Under the pieces are notes generated by a model. That model ran no database searches. It was not told where the DNA came from and saw nothing but the letters and a program-made list of their open reading frames with translations. A stretch of DNA of 64,000 nucleotides, taken from assembly GCF_037042905.1 (NCBI RefSeq), contig NC_087250.1, positions 12,154,001 to 12,218,000 on the forward strand, read 5' to 3'. The position numbers and the translations under genes were made by a program. Shown piece by piece: positions 61,595 to 64,000 of this stretch. The stretch's first letter is position 1; every line of letters starts with the position of its first letter. The stretch comes from Lytechinus pictus. Lineage: Eukaryota.

Positions 61595-64000
61595 GTGAAT
61601 ATTTTTAGGAAGAGTTAGCGCAGGGTTAGACCACGGATTATGTAAAACTTAGGGACAAAGTTTTTTAAACATTTTTTTTGGTCACATTTTAAGTTCAACC
61701 ATGATTTTATAGCTATTCATTTTCCCATTGATAAATTTTCAATGATCTGAAAGGGGAGGGGTTTATTACTCGTTAAAAATAACGCTAAAAATATTATAAA
61801 GGTTTTCCCCTCCCAATTTTGAAACCTTATTATAACAGACGATATAAAACAACTTCAAAATCTATAATTCATAATTTAAAATTCATTATTTATAATTCAT
61901 GATTTATAATTCAAAATTTATGATTCAAAATTTATGATCTAAAATTTATAATTTATAATTTACAGTTTATATTCATGATGTATAATTCATAATTTACATT
62001 TTATCATCTATAAAATTTGATTCTTAATTTTAAACCTTACCGTAACAGGCGATGTTTGCATTGAATTTAACATGAAATCGATTGACAACTTTGACTAACA
62101 TTTGAAAATCAAATTAGCGTATTCTAGCATCACTTCGCAGACGCTTCTTGGAACGTTGAGAATCTATTGAATATGCCCTTAAAATAACAATGGACCACTA
62201 GATCGAGGTCATTGTCGAAATGTGATGGACCGTCTTCAGACGTCTTAAGATTTGGACAGGATGAAAAATTGTCGCAAATATGTCGTTTGTTCAGAGTCCA
62301 GGGGCCCGTTTCATAAAGACTTGCAACTGTTGTAACTTTGCCATTGTGGCAACTGCCATGGTAATCTTGATTTTGATTGGCTGCTGAGCCCTGTTGCCAT
62401 GGTAGTAGCCATAATGGCAAAGTTAAAACAGTTGCAACTTTTTATGAAACGGGCCCCAGAACGGCACTCCTGTTGTGTCTAACCGATTTTCGACAAAAAG
62501 GGCTGTTTTAATACGAACGGGTTTTTGACAAAAGATTCTCAGCGTTATAAAAAAACGTCTGCGAAGTAATTGCTAAAATGCTCCAGTTTTCACAATGCGA
62601 TTAACTATTTTGATATCAAAAAGATGAACGCGTAGACGACAGCATTCGAATTCGCAAAAACAGCGTGTGAATTCCCCCAGGTCACGAGGGGGCGAGGGCG
62701 ATCTGGCAATCAATTTCACGAGCAAGCGTACAATTTTCTTATTTGAGCAACGTACTCCATCTGTTACCATAACACGTCATTTTTTTTTCTTGGCTGTGTG
62801 AGGGTTGAATCGTCATGTTTATATTAATCTAATTGTTTATTTTACACTTTGCTTTCCGTACTTCTCTTCACTTCCCATTTCTATGCCATTGTCACACAAC
62901 TTTTTCTCTCATTCCTTAGTTTCTAAATCACCATGATCACAAACATTGCCATAATGCCATTTCAAATCCATGCGCCTCCACATGTTTTTTCATCGTCCTT
63001 TTCTCATTTACATTCAGCACATTGATCTTCTTCATATCATCCTATCTTATCCTCATTATTTCATCTTTCACCCTTGGTTCTTCCACTTTTCAGGGTTCTT
63101 CCATTCTATATTTCTCTATTTGCTTGAACTGATCATGTGACACTATTTTTGAATATATCTGAATATTTGTAAAGGCAGTGCCTAGTGAGGTCTGGATTTC
63201 AGGCCAATAAATCAGAGCATCACTGGACTTCATTCTGTCGACATCTTTATTTTGTTATTTAGTTCAGCTACAATTATATTTTAGGCTCTTCTTATTTGGT
63301 GCTTCCGGTTGTTTGATGTGATTTGAGTTTGCTTGTTTACGACTGTTTTTGTGAGGTGTATCTTTGAACATTCGGCCATTCTACACTTGTATTGAAATTC
63401 TGGCTTCGCTTGAAAATATGAAAATAAGTGGGTAATTAATAAGATAAAATCGTTTATAAAAGGAAACTTTAAAAAAGAGGGGAGAAAATGAGAAGTTGGA
63501 CTGAGGTTCAGTAACTACAGTCACATGAAGAGGTCTCCGCGCCATGCATGATGCATGCGTATTGCGCATTAAGCCTCCTCCCCTTCAGAAGGGAGAGCGG
63601 GGCGAGTTGGCCCTCGGGGCGAGTCCGCCCACCACGTGATTTACCCCTTTGCTGTGATTGGATATAAGTTTTGCTTATATGTAATGACAACCTATCCATA
63701 AGTAACAACACACGTTGACTAGAGCTCACATGCTTGGAATCTGAGAAACTTACAACGAATTATACATTTCGAGGCCACGTAAGTAAAATTTAAAAAAATC
63801 TAAAAATCTAAAAATCCTTATGGACACTTATGAATGCAGTTTTAGTAAGTTTTGTTGTTCGAAAGGTGTGATGTTTAGCTACTGAAATATACCGTTGATA
63901 CATTGAAATACGTTGTACATTTTGCGTAGAACAAGAGAAAAGAAAATGGCTGCCCCTGGGGCGAGTTCGCCTACTTTGCGACGGGGCAGATTCGCCCGGG

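Overview
AT-rich, repeat-dense metazoan genomic DNA. The SINE/MITE repertoire suggests an echinoderm, probably a sea urchin (inference). Three protein-coding genes can be reconstructed by hand. (1) A TSSC4 homologue with a single coding exon (4324-5283, +), preceded by a stand-alone LINE-type AP-endonuclease ORF (1903/1948-3255, +). (2) A ZIP8/ZIP14-type (SLC39A) metal transporter with 9 coding exons on the minus strand (44202->22569, 420 aa), which appears to lack the usual signal peptide and ectodomain. (3) A 4-exon SLC16/MCT-like MFS transporter on the minus strand (58456->52258, 506 aa). The rest is mostly non-autonomous transposons (TTAA/Kolobok-type, hAT with 8-bp TSDs, PIF/Harbinger-type, TA-flanked CA...TG MITEs, two Helentron/DINE-like elements), tRNA-derived SINEs and microsatellites. 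The most striking signal is about 48 copies of TACATGTA between 5.3 and 44.9 kb and none seen beyond 45 kb. Paralogous repeat copies show these are CATGTA/TGTA insertions at TA sites, which fits Tc1/mariner-type excision footprints. Other notable points: in-frame degenerate copies of the ZIP C-terminus after its stop codon, a MITE-borne CCAAT + RFX X-box module with fixed spacing, uORFs before TSSC4, a perfect 29-bp-arm palindrome, and degenerate hammerhead-like motifs. No CRISPR array, rRNA or bona fide tRNA was found. All coordinates and counts were obtained by eye.
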